From Podarcis vaucheri (taxonomy: Eukaryota), in NCBI GenBank assembly GCA_965113315.1, contig OZ220363.1: a stretch of 64,000 nt of DNA. One strand, written 5' to 3'. The position numbers and the translations under genes were made by a program. The notes beneath the pieces were generated by a model. It ran no database searches and was not told the origin of the DNA. It worked only from the letters and a program-made list of their open reading frames with translations. Of the stretch, positions 1 to 12,560 are shown in pieces. Every line of letters starts with the position of its first letter. Within the stretch, counting starts at the first letter, position 1.

Positions 1-237
1 TGAGTTTAAGGGGTATAAACAAAGTTGGTTTTTAATAATGGATTTTTTGAATGCTCTGCATATACTTGTCTGAGCAGAGGGGAGGGCAGGTGTTTTTTCT
101 TTCTAAAAAGAAATTAATCAGAACATCTTCAAATGATTTTTTTTTAAAAGAGTAAAATACTGGGAATGGTTTCCAGAGCAATAGCCATGGTAGATGGTTG
201 CAGCGAAGATAACAACGAACCCTGTGGCACCTTAAAG

Positions 238-597
238 TAAAGGTAAAGGTACCCCTGCCCGAACGGGCCAGTCTTGACAGACTCTGGGGTTTGTGCGCCC
301 ATCTCACATTTATTGGCCGGGGGCCAGCGCTGTCCGGAGACACTTCCGGGTCACGTGGCCAGCGTGACAACGCTGCTCTGGCGAGCCAGAGCCGCACACG
401 GAACGCCGTTTACCTTCCCGCTGGTAAGCGGTACCTATTTATCTACTTGCCCCCGGGGGTGCTTTCGAACTGCTAGGTTGGCAGGCGCTGGGACCGAGCA
501 GCGGGAGCGCACCCCGCCGCGGGGATTCGAACCGCCGACCTTTCGATCGGCAAGCCCTAGGCGCTGAGGCTTTAGCCCACAGCGCCACCCGCGTCCC
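238..597 (-). mobile_element. Sauria SINE, full length
   Basis: tRNA-like head at the right end, (ACCTTT)n tail at the left; 15-bp TSD tgtggcaccttaaag at 223-237 and 599-613. Confidence 0.88.
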
Positions 598-598
598 T

Positions 599-716
599 TG
601 TGGCACCTTAAAGGCTAACAAATGTTATTATAGTGTAAGCTTTTGTGGACAAACTCTAGTCCATGAAGGCTTATGCTGTAATAACATTTGTTAATCTTTG
701 GGATGCCACAAGACTC
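599..716. repeat. Penelope-like inverted-repeat (hairpin) relic
   Basis: About 52-bp imperfect inverted arms tgtggcaccttaaaggctaacaaatgttatta...gtggac / gtccatg...taataacatttgttaatc...gccaca around an 8-nt loop. Confidence 0.6.
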
Positions 717-1354
717 TTGATTTTTTTTTTAGAACTGGGAATATGTTCCAGATTCTTATTTCTGTATCGTTCTTCCATTAAACTTCTATTTCTGCTAATA
801 TATTCACTGGCTGTTAGAACAGACATGCTCACTGGTCTGGGCAGAACAGATTATAGATATGTTCCATGCTGTTTCCCTCCCTCACTTTCATTTGCTTGAT
901 CCCTGCACATACTTTTGAGATGCCGGTGCTTAGAAATGTTTTCCATTTCTCTCTCTGACTAGTCTGTAAACTGTGTGTGCTCTCGTAAGCGAAATCTACT
1001 GAGATGTAGGGAAACTGGTCTGCTCAGTGCAGGTGCAGAGACACACAGTGGAAGTGTCCGGAATAATTTATATCCTGCCAGAGAGAGATCCTTCACCCAT
1101 CAATTTAGGTTCTGTTCTCTGTGAATCTTTGGCTATGGTGACAGGCCACTGTACGTACTTGGTGGCCGCAATACTTACCTCTCTGTTTTGGGATTGGGAT
1201 TGCCCTGCTTTGTTGGGTCATATGCAAGATCTGAAAAGTCTGACAGTTTTAATATTGAGAAGCCTTCCTCAATCTGGGGCCTTTTTATTGTGCATTCATG
1301 AGGATGTAGGGTCAGGTCATGCACCTTTTTCCCTGCAAAGGTTTCAGGACGGAC

Positions 1355-1447
1355 TGTGTGGTGTAGTGGTTAAGAGAGGTGGACTCGTAATCTGGGGAAC
1401 CGGGTTCGCGTCTCCGCTCCTCCACATGCAGCTGCTGGGTGACCTTG
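1355..1447 (+). mobile_element. tRNA-derived SINE (Squam3-like), 5' part
   Basis: gtgtggtgtagtggttaagag...ccgggttcgcgtctccgctcctccacatgcagctgctgggtgaccttg; same family as 23551-23803. Confidence 0.7.
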
Positions 1448-1449
1448 AT

Positions 1450-2175
1450 TGTCTTTGGTTTTTATTTTATTTTATTTTATTGATTGAATTTATATACCGC
1501 CCAGTGCCGGATTTACGTATAAGCTAAAAAATTTAAAGAAAAACCAACAACCTGGATGTACATTTCCAAAATATAAGTTAAAAAAATAAAATAAATAAAA
1601 GCTACATACAGCAACAGTGGCAATTGGCTTTAGATACCTATTAGGTCCATAAATTACCATATAGCATATGTTCAACATAAAAAACAGTGACAATTTGTTG
1701 TTGACAAAGGACAGCTGGACATATAAAGGGCCCCATTACCTTCTGGAGCTTAGGGCCTCATCAGACCTAAATCTGGCCCTGATACCCCCTGTACCTGCTG
1801 GCCTCAGGGCAGTTCACAGAAAAGATCACAATATATAAAATCAAAATAAGAACAATAAGCCAATAACACCCCCTCCCCCAAAAAGCCACATTTTAAAAGG
1901 GCATAGGATATCAATCAGGTCAACCAAAGGCCTGGTTAAAAAGGAACATTTCCCCCTGGCGCCTAAAGGTGTATAATGAAGGTGCCAGGTGAACTTCCCT
2001 GGGGAGAGCATTCCACAGACAGGGAGCCACTGCAGAGAAGGCCCATTCTCATGTTGCCACCCTCTGGACCTCTTGAGGAGAGGGCACACGAAGGAGGGCT
2101 TCAGAAGATGATCTCAGGGTCCGGGTAGGTTCATATGGAAAGAGGCGGTCCTTGAGGTATTGTGGTCCTGATCCG
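1450..2175 (-). mobile_element. L2-like LINE 3' fragment
   Basis: Reverse L2 3' region (ggagagcattccacagacagggagccactgcagagaaggccc) with a (TTTTA)n tail, interrupted by the hAT MITE at 1502-1781. Confidence 0.65.
1502..1781. mobile_element. hAT-type MITE
   Basis: TIRs cagtgccggattta / taaatctggccctg; 8-bp TSD ataccgcc / ataccccc. Confidence 0.8.
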
Positions 2176-5100
2176 TACGTATTTTGTATTGTGATTTTAT
2201 GTTGTGAACTGCCCTGTGATCTATGGGTATAGGGCAGTATCCAAATTTAGGAAAGGAAAGGGAAAGGGAAAGGAAAGGAAGATGTGGGGAACCTCTGGGC
2301 CTTCAGGTGCCGTTGGATTCCAGTTCCCATCAGCTTGAACAGTGTGGTCAATGGTCAGAGTGATGGGACTTCAGTAACACCTGGAGTGTGAACAGCGCAA
2401 TGGAGAACAGGGCTGTGTAGAAGAGGGAATGTTGAAAGCTGGAGCTTTTCATGCATGGGAGAAAAATTAGCATCTGTTGAAATTTCTATTTTGGTTATAA
2501 ACATTTGAGGTAGAGGAGCCCTCTGCGTCCTTCTTTGCAACTTGGCTGCCTCACTACAAAGGTCACAATTCTTTATTCCAGCCATTTCCATGCTTTCTCC
2601 TTTGGTTCACTTTGTGAACCTAGATTTTTGCTATCTAGGGAGAGCGGGATAATTAAGAGGAACAGCATTAATGTTCCTTTGGGATGCAACAGCTTGACAG
2701 GCCAGAACCACGTGCTCTTAATTAATATTGATTGCTGCTCTCTGCTAAAGATACTGGTGAAATCCAGGGAATTAGAGCGCAGGTTATTAAAGGCCATTTG
2801 TATCTGTGAGTAATTGTTAGCAACACCTCTTGAACCAGCCACGAATAAGACCTCTCAAGGGGATGTGTGAGAGACGGTTGCATAGATGTCGCAAACAGCG
2901 TGAGAGGTGGATAGGGTGTGTGTGTGGATTACTTGGTGGAAGAATCAGAGAGTGAACTCTCATGGCGCTAAGTTCAAATACAGTTCAAAGTGGAAGTGGC
3001 TGAATTTTGCGAAGACATTTCAGCTGGTCTCTGCTGATCTCCTTTCATTTTCTACTGAACCATTCAGTTTGCAGGCAGGGCTGTCACTGATGCTGCAGTG
3101 CTGTCATTATCAAACTGAAGAATCAGGATAATAACCAGGTGTCCAGGTAAATATTAAAGTAATTCCAAAGGTCTTTCTAGGACAATCTGCTGATTCCCAG
3201 TGTTGTATTCTATCTCGGTTGGATTGGAAAGCCTGAGAATGGAGATGGGTTTAGGGCGTGCTCCCTAACTCTGACTCTCTTGCTAGGATAGCACTAATTT
3301 TAATGCAGTAACAAAGAAATGGTGGTCCTTCTGATGTTGCTGAGCTACATCCTGCAACATTCCTCCTGGCTCTTGGCTCTGCTGGCTGGGGCTGATGTGA
3401 ATTGGAGAGGTCCAACAACATTTGGAGGGTTCCCTGTCTCTATTTTAAACAATATTCAGTCATGCAGTAAGACCAAGTAGGATTTCTTTTTGAAGTTGCT
3501 CCCTGAGAATAGTGCCAATCTCCTCCCTCTGCCACTATCATTTAAATGTAGCAGTCTTGATTTTGATATTATTATTATTATTAATTATTATTATTTTATT
3601 ATACTGCCCTTCATTTGAAGACCACAGGGCAGTTTACAACATAAAAATACAAAAAGAAACACAAAATACATAACATAATTTTAAAAACCACCAAGAAAAC
3701 CCCACAATTATATGTTTGGTTCATTATACAGCTTTTTATCCCTTGGTCTATTTCAGTATAATCAAAAGCACCAAGAGAGGATGTTAATACTGTACTTCCT
3801 CCCCTGTTCCTCTGCCAGCCTCTTTGCTTACATTCCCCTTGTAGTAATGAGCAGGATTCTAGGTTGCTGTTGTTGTTTACACATGGCAGATGTGAGAGGA
3901 AAGTAGGTGGGGCAGAATAATCTCCGTAGTCTATCTGGAGGACATGCTCTGGGGTGTCTCACCTGTAGCCTTCCAGATGCTGTTGGACTCTTAACTTCCA
4001 TCATTCCTCACCACTGGCTATGTTGGCTGGAGCTGATGGGCACTGGAGTCCAGAGTATTTAGAGGTTCGCAGGTCCGCCACCCCTGGTTTAAAGTGCCAG
4101 GGATAATCTCTGTGGATGAAGATTTGGCAACCTTACATCAAAGCAGGCAGCTTCTAAGGATGTAGATCTAGAACAAAGCATCCTAAAAGAAAGTCTTGCT
4201 TTGCTGAGAAGCAGTTCAGACATTAGGTAAATTGGGAAAGTGGGTGTCTTGTAGTTTTGCGGCAATTTGTGGAGAGATCATGATCTCTCCCTTGGTGAGA
4301 TTTGTGAGCTCTGGAGCTCTGCTTTGTTGCTTTTCTTATATCTAAACTGGCTATTAAGAAGGCGGTTGTTTTTCAGCACAGAATGCCAATAACATGGCAC
4401 AACTGATGGCAGCAGGCTTGGTTTAGCTGCCTGTTTCCTTCCTTGTGCCACCCAAGTGCCCACCGACTGTTACTAAACTTGATGGCGTTTGCTAAGGGGC
4501 AGCCAACAACCAGAGGATTCCATTGATTTAATGGGACTAAGAAGGTACAGAGCTTGAAACTGTCCCTTTAGCATAGTTTGGAAGATTACTTGCAGATTCC
4601 TAGTTCCACTTCTTATATCTGCTAGAAGCTAGTAGTTGTACCACCTGCCCGCTCCCTGCACATCTCACATTTACATACCCTCCAAAATTTCTCTGATGAA
4701 AATAGGGACATTAATAATAATAATAATGATAATATTTAATAATAATGATAATATTTTAATAATGATAATATTTTTACTATTTATACCCTGCCCATCTGAC
4801 TAGTTTGCCCCAGCCACGTTAATCAACATTTGATGAGCGCCGGAACCACAGAGTCAGTCACGACTGGACCTAATGGTCAAGGGTCCCTTTACCTTTATAT
4901 CTCCATTTAAGTATCAGTTTTTGAATTGACATGAAGGGATGATAAAATTGTCCGTAGTGAATCGTTCTTCCAGATGTCAACCAGTGCTGGAAATGCATGT
5001 CCCAAGTCTTAAACTTTGTTTGGAACCCTGGGAGACTCTGTTCATTAAGATTGGCTTTTGAAGCCTGAGAGTCTGAACCAACATGTTGGGGAGAGAAGAG

Positions 5101-5869
5101 CTCGCGTTTTCTGAGATTTTAAATTTGTGGCTTAATTGCAATTTTAATGGGATAGTTTTATGTTTGTTTTTTAATTCCATTTTATTTTTACTCACCCCGA
5201 GCCTTTGGGAATTAGTGATCTATATTATCAACTAAATATTTTGAGCAATTTTGTTCCTCGAGGCTGCTATGGTGATTTTATTAAGGTTGAATTAGAGGCA
5301 GAGGCCTCTGTGTTTTTATAAGTTAATAATGGCAGCTTGATTACTGTAGGCTCAGTAAGATTCCCCCAGAGATTCTGCCTCATTAAGTAGCATCTGTGTT
5401 GTCTTATTGACAGTCTTCTAGTATTCATTATGTCCCATGAATGCTTTAAAAGAGACAGGTTCTTGCTTTGATTGCTCTCTTTTCAATTCAGAAAGTACAA
5501 ATTCCATGTAATTTAATCTGTGCCCCACACTAAATTACAGCCTATAGTGTTATGAATTAAGGTTGCTATTCAGCGATAGTCATACTTGGGGCAGGCTTAA
5601 GTGCATTGATTTCAGTAGGTCTGCTCTAAATATGGCTTAGGTACATAGCACCTTAACAGATTCAATATTACTGCAATCTCTATTCACAGGCTTCCTTAAC
5701 AATTCTAGATATCTATGTATTTAGATATCTAGATACATAGGGGGGGAAAGCTCAAATGGGGAAATATGCCCCTTTGTAGCAGATGTAATATTCTAAGGCA
5801 AAATGAAGTAAGTTCTTCACCCATGATGCGAACATAGTTTTCTAAGTTTTTATTTCCAGAGAGTGGTAG

Positions 5870-6335
5870 GGGATGTTTTATCCCATGTTGATGGCCTTTC
5901 AGCTGATTCCCTGGTGGCCCGCTGGAATGCGGAGTTAACCAGGGCTATCGACTGTCTGGCTCCGAAGCACCCTCTTTGATTGCATGGAGCCTGGACAGCC
6001 CCGTGGTTTTCCCCGGAGCTGAGGGCAATAAAACAATCGCTGAGACGGCTAGAGCGCAGGTGGAGGAAAACACATTCTGAATCGGACCGGACACAGGTGA
6101 GAGCTCAACATCGAGCCTACCAAGAGGTGACAGCGATGGTGAAGAGGACCTTCTTCACCGCCTCTATTGCATCTGCAGAAAACAGCAGCAGGAGATTCTT
6201 TCAGATTGTTCGCAATTTAACGGAACCACCTGCACCACCGGGGCCTGGTAAGGACCCCAAGATCTCCTGCAATGATTTTACAAGATGGGTGGGGTATAAA
6301 TAATAAATTATTATTACTATGTTATTATTATTAAT
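5870..6335 (+). mobile_element. L2 LINE fragment (ORF2 linker fused to 3' tail)
   Basis: APWFSPELRAIKQSLRRLERRWRKTHSESDR is a typical L2 segment between EN and RT, followed by gatgggtggggtataaataataaa(tta)n. Confidence 0.75.
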
Positions 6336-9300
6336 GGCATTTTTTGGTCCTATTTTCATTAAAATAAATCTTAGACAGGGGAACAACACCAAAGCACAAA
6401 TACATCATCATCATGCAGTCTTAAAACAAACAAAAACAATAAATATAAATCAAGTCACAATCCAGTTCAGTGAAGGTGAAATTGCTTCCCAATAAATCAT
6501 CCAAATGCTTGAGTAAATAGAAATGTCTTCAAAAGAAGCATAAAACCTATTACGGTCAGCAGCGGCTGCATCTGTGAGGGTTGGCATTGCATAACTGGGA
6601 TACCCTATGGAGAATGCCCTCACACAAATAGCACACTGGTGCAGTTAAAAGGGTGTTGCCACCTGATCTTAATGTATATAGGCTGCTATATTGGGAGCAG
6701 GCAAGCTAGTAAGTATCAAGGTATTAAGCTGCATAGGACTTTATATGTCAATACAAGCACTTTGAACTTTATAACTTGTAATGTAACATCACCATGTGAA
6801 ATACTAGATCAGGGAGCTCTTTTCTATGCCAAGAATGCATGTTCGCTCTCAAACCTGCTTCACAATTCCTGAATAAGTTGCCTGCATTTTAAAGTTCAAC
6901 ACACATCCCAATTCATGGGATTTTGTATGAAATTAAATGCTGAAACCCACTCCTAAACATGTTGCTTGGAAATTTAGAGCACTGAGATCAATAGGACTTG
7001 CTTTCACATCGTGTGTTGTGAAGATTAGGGTAGTCTAAAATGCACCCAGATATGTTCTGCAGGCACCCCTGACATTGTTGACTTTCAAAGTGAAATCTCA
7101 AGCCAATAATAACTGGAAGGAAATTGTTGATACCGGATTCAGTGGGAAATGGGATTACACAAATTGGAACGCTTCTGCGATGGGAATTGCTGTCTGCTTA
7201 TTCAACAACCTGCATGGCTTATTTATTTTAGCAACATGTTGAAAGAGAGTATAGAATTGGCCTTTGACCAAACTTGGACAATATTATCTACAGAAAACAT
7301 TGCTCAAATGTTTGGATAGTTACTACTGTAAATCATGGGATAGCTTCTGTTTCAATGCCTTGCCAAAAACAGGACACTAAATGCTTTATGTGCAGTCATT
7401 TTCTTGCAAGGTTTTCTAGTGTGGTTAGGTCCTTAAGCAATTTTGTCTTAAGTATTTTGCTCTTCTGTATGTTGTCACATTCCTTCAGTGACAATCCTGA
7501 ACGCTAACATCTCTCACTGGCACCCACGTAAATGAAAGTCAGGTTTCCCCATGTCAAAGATGTGGAATGAGGATGCCTTTTGTTACCCCCCCCAACCCCA
7601 CAGCCAAGCTTTTAGAGTGATGACAGAACACGTAGCCATTATTTTGATAGTGATCTCTGTGACTATTGCAGTACAGACAATAGATAATAATATGGAAGGC
7701 TGCTCTGTAAAGACAGTAATACCAAAGATGGCACAGCCATTCTCTCTACTGTAAATTGACTTCTTGCAGCAATTTTGTGCTTACGTGTGCTCCTGGAAGC
7801 CTAATTTTTGAGGGTTACTTTAACTTACAGTGGCCTAACAAATCCAGGCCAGCTTATTGAGTCCTTTCCATGGCCCAGTTTTATGTGCATAACTACTGCA
7901 AAGCACCAATTAAAAATTATACTTGCAGAACTGAATTAGTATTGGAAATCTGTATTTTTAATAAATGCATAAATAAAATGCAGTGCAACTTGAGCCTCAT
8001 CCCTGGGTGCCTCTAACCTGTTTATTTAAGCATTCATCATGATTGGCTTGCAGAAAGCTTACATGGAGGTTAGATTAACACTGGTCTTTTTAAAGCATCG
8101 ATATCACCAGTATCATCAGCATCTTCCCAGCTCCATATGGCTCATGCTTCATGTTAGTGTACTAAGGGCCTGAATATTTGTGCACTGAATAGTTTGTACA
8201 GAGGCAGATGGGCTCAAGTGACTTTCCCAAGGACACTGGGTAAAGAGCAGCGTCTGGAAAGAAGCCAAGTTGTCCTGTACTTTCCTAAAAACAAGGCCGA
8301 AAAGCATGACTCTTATTTTCTTAAAAAGCTGGATGGAGTTAACTGAGCAGAGTGAATGTGCTGTTCTTGTGAGACCTTAGATCAATAGACAAGATACTAT
8401 GTGTACCTTGAGGCGTTCTATCTGAGGTCTTTGGACCTAAGTGCTTTTGTGTGCAGTGTCCATTGTTTGCATTAGATTCTTGCAAATAAACCAAGCCTCT
8501 CTTATTTGCCGATGGCTTTGGATGACGTGAACTCTGAACTTTTATCTCACTTCAGGCGCATTTCCAGTATCTTCCGTGTACTTGGCTTGCTGGGGCTGGG
8601 GGGCTGGGTGCATTTCTAGGAGCCTACACAGACTCTCAGAGCATTTAAACCAGATCATGTGTTGTGTGGATTTGCAAGGCATTAATTATTATTCCTCCTC
8701 CTAATATATATTTATATCAACAAGCAAGACTGCTTCTGCTAGGCAATAGCTAGGAAATTCAGGGCTGGTCTCGAAATTTGCAAGCTGGGTGACATGGTGA
8801 AGAAATGTCAAGATTCATTAGGGATAGCGAAGGCTCGAAGGCCCTGAGGCTCTGGGGATTGGGAGAGAGAAGAGCTAATGATCTCAGCAAAGTTTTAGTA
8901 GGTCAGTCAGCTAAGAAGGTCTGTGCACAGCAGTGCAGGGATTTTGGATCCTGAACTTACCTGCCATGAAGCGGGCGAGGGGTGGGGAAAGAGTCTCTCT
9001 TTAGACGGCAATGTGAATGGCTTCAAAGTACAATAAGCCAGCCCTGTTGCCCTAGGGAGCCCTCCTGCTTATTCTGCTGTGTAGCGGGTTCCCAGACATC
9101 TGCCCCCCCAGCTCTCCCCAATGGCACCACTAGGTGTGCAACCACATCGGAGTACCCACTCACAAATCTAAGACACTCCAAGTGTCGCTTTTTTTCCAGG
9201 GACAGTCCTGGATTTACAGAAACCTTCCTGGTTTCTGATTTGATCCCAGAATGTCCCACTTTTCCTTAGGACATCCCTATTTCCGTCAGAGAAATGTTGG

Positions 9301-9464
9301 AGGCGTTATCCAACCCCAAGGCCATCTGAAGGCAGTCCTGTATAGGGAAGGTTTTTTAAAAAAATGCTTAATGTTTTATTATGTTTTTATATATGTTGGA
9401 AGCCGCCCAGGGTGGTTGGGGCAACCTAGTCAGATGGGCAGGGTATAAATAGTAATTATTATTA

Positions 9465-9678
9465 CAGTGGTAACTCAGGTTACAGACGCTTCAGGTTACA
9501 GACTCCACTAACCCAAAAATAGTCCCTTGGGTTAAGAACTTTGCTTCAGGATGAGAACAGAAATCGCACGGCAGCGGCAGGAGGCCCCATTAGCTAAAGT
9601 GGTGCTTCAGGTTAAGAACAGTTTCAGGTTAAGAACAGATCTCCAGAACAAATTAAGTTCTTAACCCGAGGTACCACT

Positions 9679-9679
<1 letters not shown>
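9465..9679 (+). mobile_element. Tc1/mariner (pogo/Tigger-like) MITE family A, copy 1
   Basis: TIR CAGTGGTACCTCGGGTTA (degenerate on the left), TA TSD. Strand is relative orientation only. Confidence 0.85.
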
Positions 9680-9726
<47 letters not shown>

Positions 9727-9727
<1 letters not shown>

Positions 9728-9967
9728 AGTGGTACCTTGGGTTACATACGTTTCAGGTGACATACGCTTCAGGTTACAGACTCTGCTAACCCAGAAATAG
9801 TACCTCAGGTTAAGAACTTTGCTTCAGGAAGAGAACAGAAATCGTGCTCCGGTGGCATGGCGGCAGCAGGAGGCCCCATTAGCTAAAGTGGTGCTTTAGG
9901 TTAAGAACAGTTTCAGGTTAAGAACAGACCTCCGGAACGAATTAAGTACTTAACCCGAGGTACCACT

Positions 9968-9968
<1 letters not shown>
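9727..9968 (+). mobile_element. MITE family A, copy 2
   Basis: Same TIRs and TA TSD; inserted in (TTA)n next to copy 1. Confidence 0.87.
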
Positions 9969-10014
<46 letters not shown>

Positions 10015-10179
10015 GAATAGGCTGTCCCTATTTTCATCAGAGTAATGTTGGAGGGTATGAAATCTCAGCACCTTAGCCGGGGATTCTCAACCTGTCACTT
10101 TGGCTGCAAACCCTGATGTGGACACTGGAGTGGAAAACTCATGCCCTGCAAATCCCAATGTCAGCATTATCCGGTTCGT

Positions 10180-10470
10180 TAAAATTCAAATCCGTGCCTT
10201 TGCAACGCGCTCCTGTGTGCTTGCAGGGCCACGCCCCGAAGACAAACTCCTCGCTAGGTGAACGGGAGCCCTGCACAAACACGCCAGGCAGGCCTCCGCC
10301 CCCTTCTCCTCCACCGTTCTGCTCCCCTTCTGTCATTCTCTCCTAAGTTTTCTTTTGGAGCGTCAGCAAGGAACTCTGCGTGAACTTGAGTTCCTACTTT
10401 GCTCTCAGGTGGCAGCGGCAGCCCTGGAGTAAAGGAGTCTTCCTCCTCTTGGGGAGCAGCAGACCAGGTT
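10180..10470 (+). promoter_or_regulatory. Candidate PAK6 upstream promoter/enhancer
   Basis: Locally CpG-retaining unique sequence with SP/KLF boxes ggccacgcccc (about 10227) and cctccgcccc (about 10293), upstream of the candidate UTR exons. Confidence 0.3.
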
Positions 10471-11577
10471 TGCTTATTTATGAGACTGACTTCTGATTGC
10501 TGCTCTCACATCCTATTTGTGGGCTGCTTACGGAGGACTGGATTTGTCAGTTTCAACTAACATCTTCGCTTTCCAGTTGCTTTGCTGCTGAGGATTAACT
10601 CTTCGTACGCAGAGCTGCATTCAAAAAAGAGATAAAAGAAAAAACAACAGAGTGCCAAGGAGGAATATGCTGAGCGTTGATGTGCTTGTACGGTGAGGGC
10701 GGGGAGCAGTTTGCACGGCTTCTGCAGCTTCTCCCCCTTCAGGGATTATTCTTGGGTGGGTGGGGGGAAGAAAACTGAAAGCTGAACTCCTTTGGGAAGG
10801 CCTTTACTCCATCTTCACTCCTGTAACCCGGCAACAACCATCCACCAATCAGCTTTGCTCAATGGCAGAAGTAGAGTTTGCTAGCAGTCTTTTATTCCTT
10901 CTCCCTTGGAACAGTCCTCACCAGCATCATTCCTGATGCACCCTGATCTCCTTTCGCACCCTGTCATTTTCAAGACCTGTGGGAGGTGGACCTGCAAGTA
11001 TATCTGTTAACGCCGTTTACGGGGGTGGGGTGGGGATGTGGTGTCTGTCTGGTGGGTGGGGTAGGATTGGGGGTGGGGGCCGACTCTGTAAACTGTCAGA
11101 ATACGTGGAAGGAAAATTGCATGGATGAAACTGACGAGGAGAGGGGAAGGGGTTAAAAGATGCCCCAACTGATGCTTCTGAAATCAGTCAGCATGCAAGA
11201 AACGTGTCTGCCTGCTGCCTCTATGTATGCAAGACATAATCATCTGTCTTCCGAGGACCTTCTGCCTGGGGGGGGGGGGAACCCCACACCCACCTATTTC
11301 AAATTTACTAAGAAAGCCCCTGCCTATATGCCTGGCATACACTTGCCGTATCTCCTGGAATCGTGCGCAATCCAGATTTAATTTTAAACTATCAAGGAAA
11401 ATTGACAAAACGTGGTTGAAACTCTTTTGTATGATTGTAGAGGAGATGCCAACCCACATCTCCCGTGATCCAAAGGTAATTGCCACATCTTGTGGTGTCT
11501 GTGTGTATATAATTACTTGTCCCACATGAGAATTGTTTGGTAACATTTGCTGACTGCTGTGTATTCTTCTTTGCCAG

Positions 11578-11639
11578 GGTATTAAGGATTTAGCCTGATT
11601 TGAGGCCGAACAGAGAAGAGACAGCGGACTGTTCACCTG
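11578..11639 (+). other. Probable PAK6 5'-UTR exon
   Basis: Branch point tgctgac (11548-11554), polypyrimidine tattcttctttgccag, 62-nt body, strong donor CTG|gtgagt. An upstream donor AAG|gtaatt at 11475/76 defines a 102-nt intron. PAK6 must have upstream non-coding exon(s) because its ATG lies 5 nt after an acceptor. Confidence 0.5.
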
Positions 11640-12129
11640 GTGAGTGAAAACTTCTAAATGTCATGGAGCTGGGAAAGTTGAGCAGGATAAGGAGACAGGC
11701 GTTTAAAATGTAGGACCTATTTTGTGTGTGCTGTGTACCTCTCGCTGCCATACACATAAGATAAGGTCTGATGCGAAGGGTCAGAGAGGTGCAATTGTTG
11801 TGTATGTGTTTGGGGGGGAAAGGTTGCCCATAGGAGTTGGCCCAAGACATTTTGCTGAATACCAATTGCTGGAAATCGCATGTAGGCAGAGCACTGTTAC
11901 GCTCATGCCCGGTTTGCAGGTCTCACACAGGCATGTGAGAACAGGATGCTGGCCTAGATCAGCCATTGGCCTGATCCAGCAACTTCTCCTTATCTTCTTA
12001 TGATAGCATCCTCCATTGCACATTGCAGGCTAGCATGAGTGGTGAGATCTTTCCTTCAGCACCTCTCCACCTCCTAATGGAAAGGCCAGCACTGTGTAAA
12101 GCTGGCGAAACAAAAGCTCCACTGTTCTG

Positions 12130-12560
12130 CAAACACATCAACAGCTTCACCCATCCTGGACCTTGGAGGGCAGTTGAACTACCAAGAGGACTGATCTTAA
12201 CACCTAAGAGGGTCTGTTGGGAAGGAAGCAGTCTTTCAGATATTTGGGGCCTAAGTCATTTAGGGCTTCATACATCGATGTGAACACTCTGAATTGGGCC
12301 TGGAAATGAACTGCTGACCAGCGCAGCTGTGTTAACACAGGGGTTATACACATTCAAAATGGAACCCCCAACCAGTAATCTGGCTGCTGCATTTTGGACC
12401 AGCTGAAGTTTCTGAGCTGTCTTCCAGGGCAGCCCCATGTATAGCACATTGCAATAATCCAGTCTGGAAGCTATCCAAGCATGGAGTACAGTGGCCAAGT
12501 CATCTCTATTCAAAAGGAGGCCATAGTTGGCAAACCAGGTATAGCTGGAGATAGGCACTC
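12130..12560 (-). mobile_element. L2 LINE ORF2 C-terminal fragment
   Basis: LATVLHAWIASRLDYCNVLYMGLP...KLQLVQNAAARLL is the L2 post-RT signature. Confidence 0.85.

Larger units (their letters stand above)
9170..10059. mobile_element. Composite non-autonomous element carrying an L2-type tail, hosting two MITEs
   Basis: Terminus ...ttggagggtatg; a partial reverse copy at 4674-4817 shows the same terminus-to-L2-tail junction. Confidence 0.55.

Noticed and set aside
1-9000. BUB1B 3' exons (upstream neighbour in mammals)
   Set aside because: No recognisable BUB1B peptide; ORFs here are TE-derived or random.
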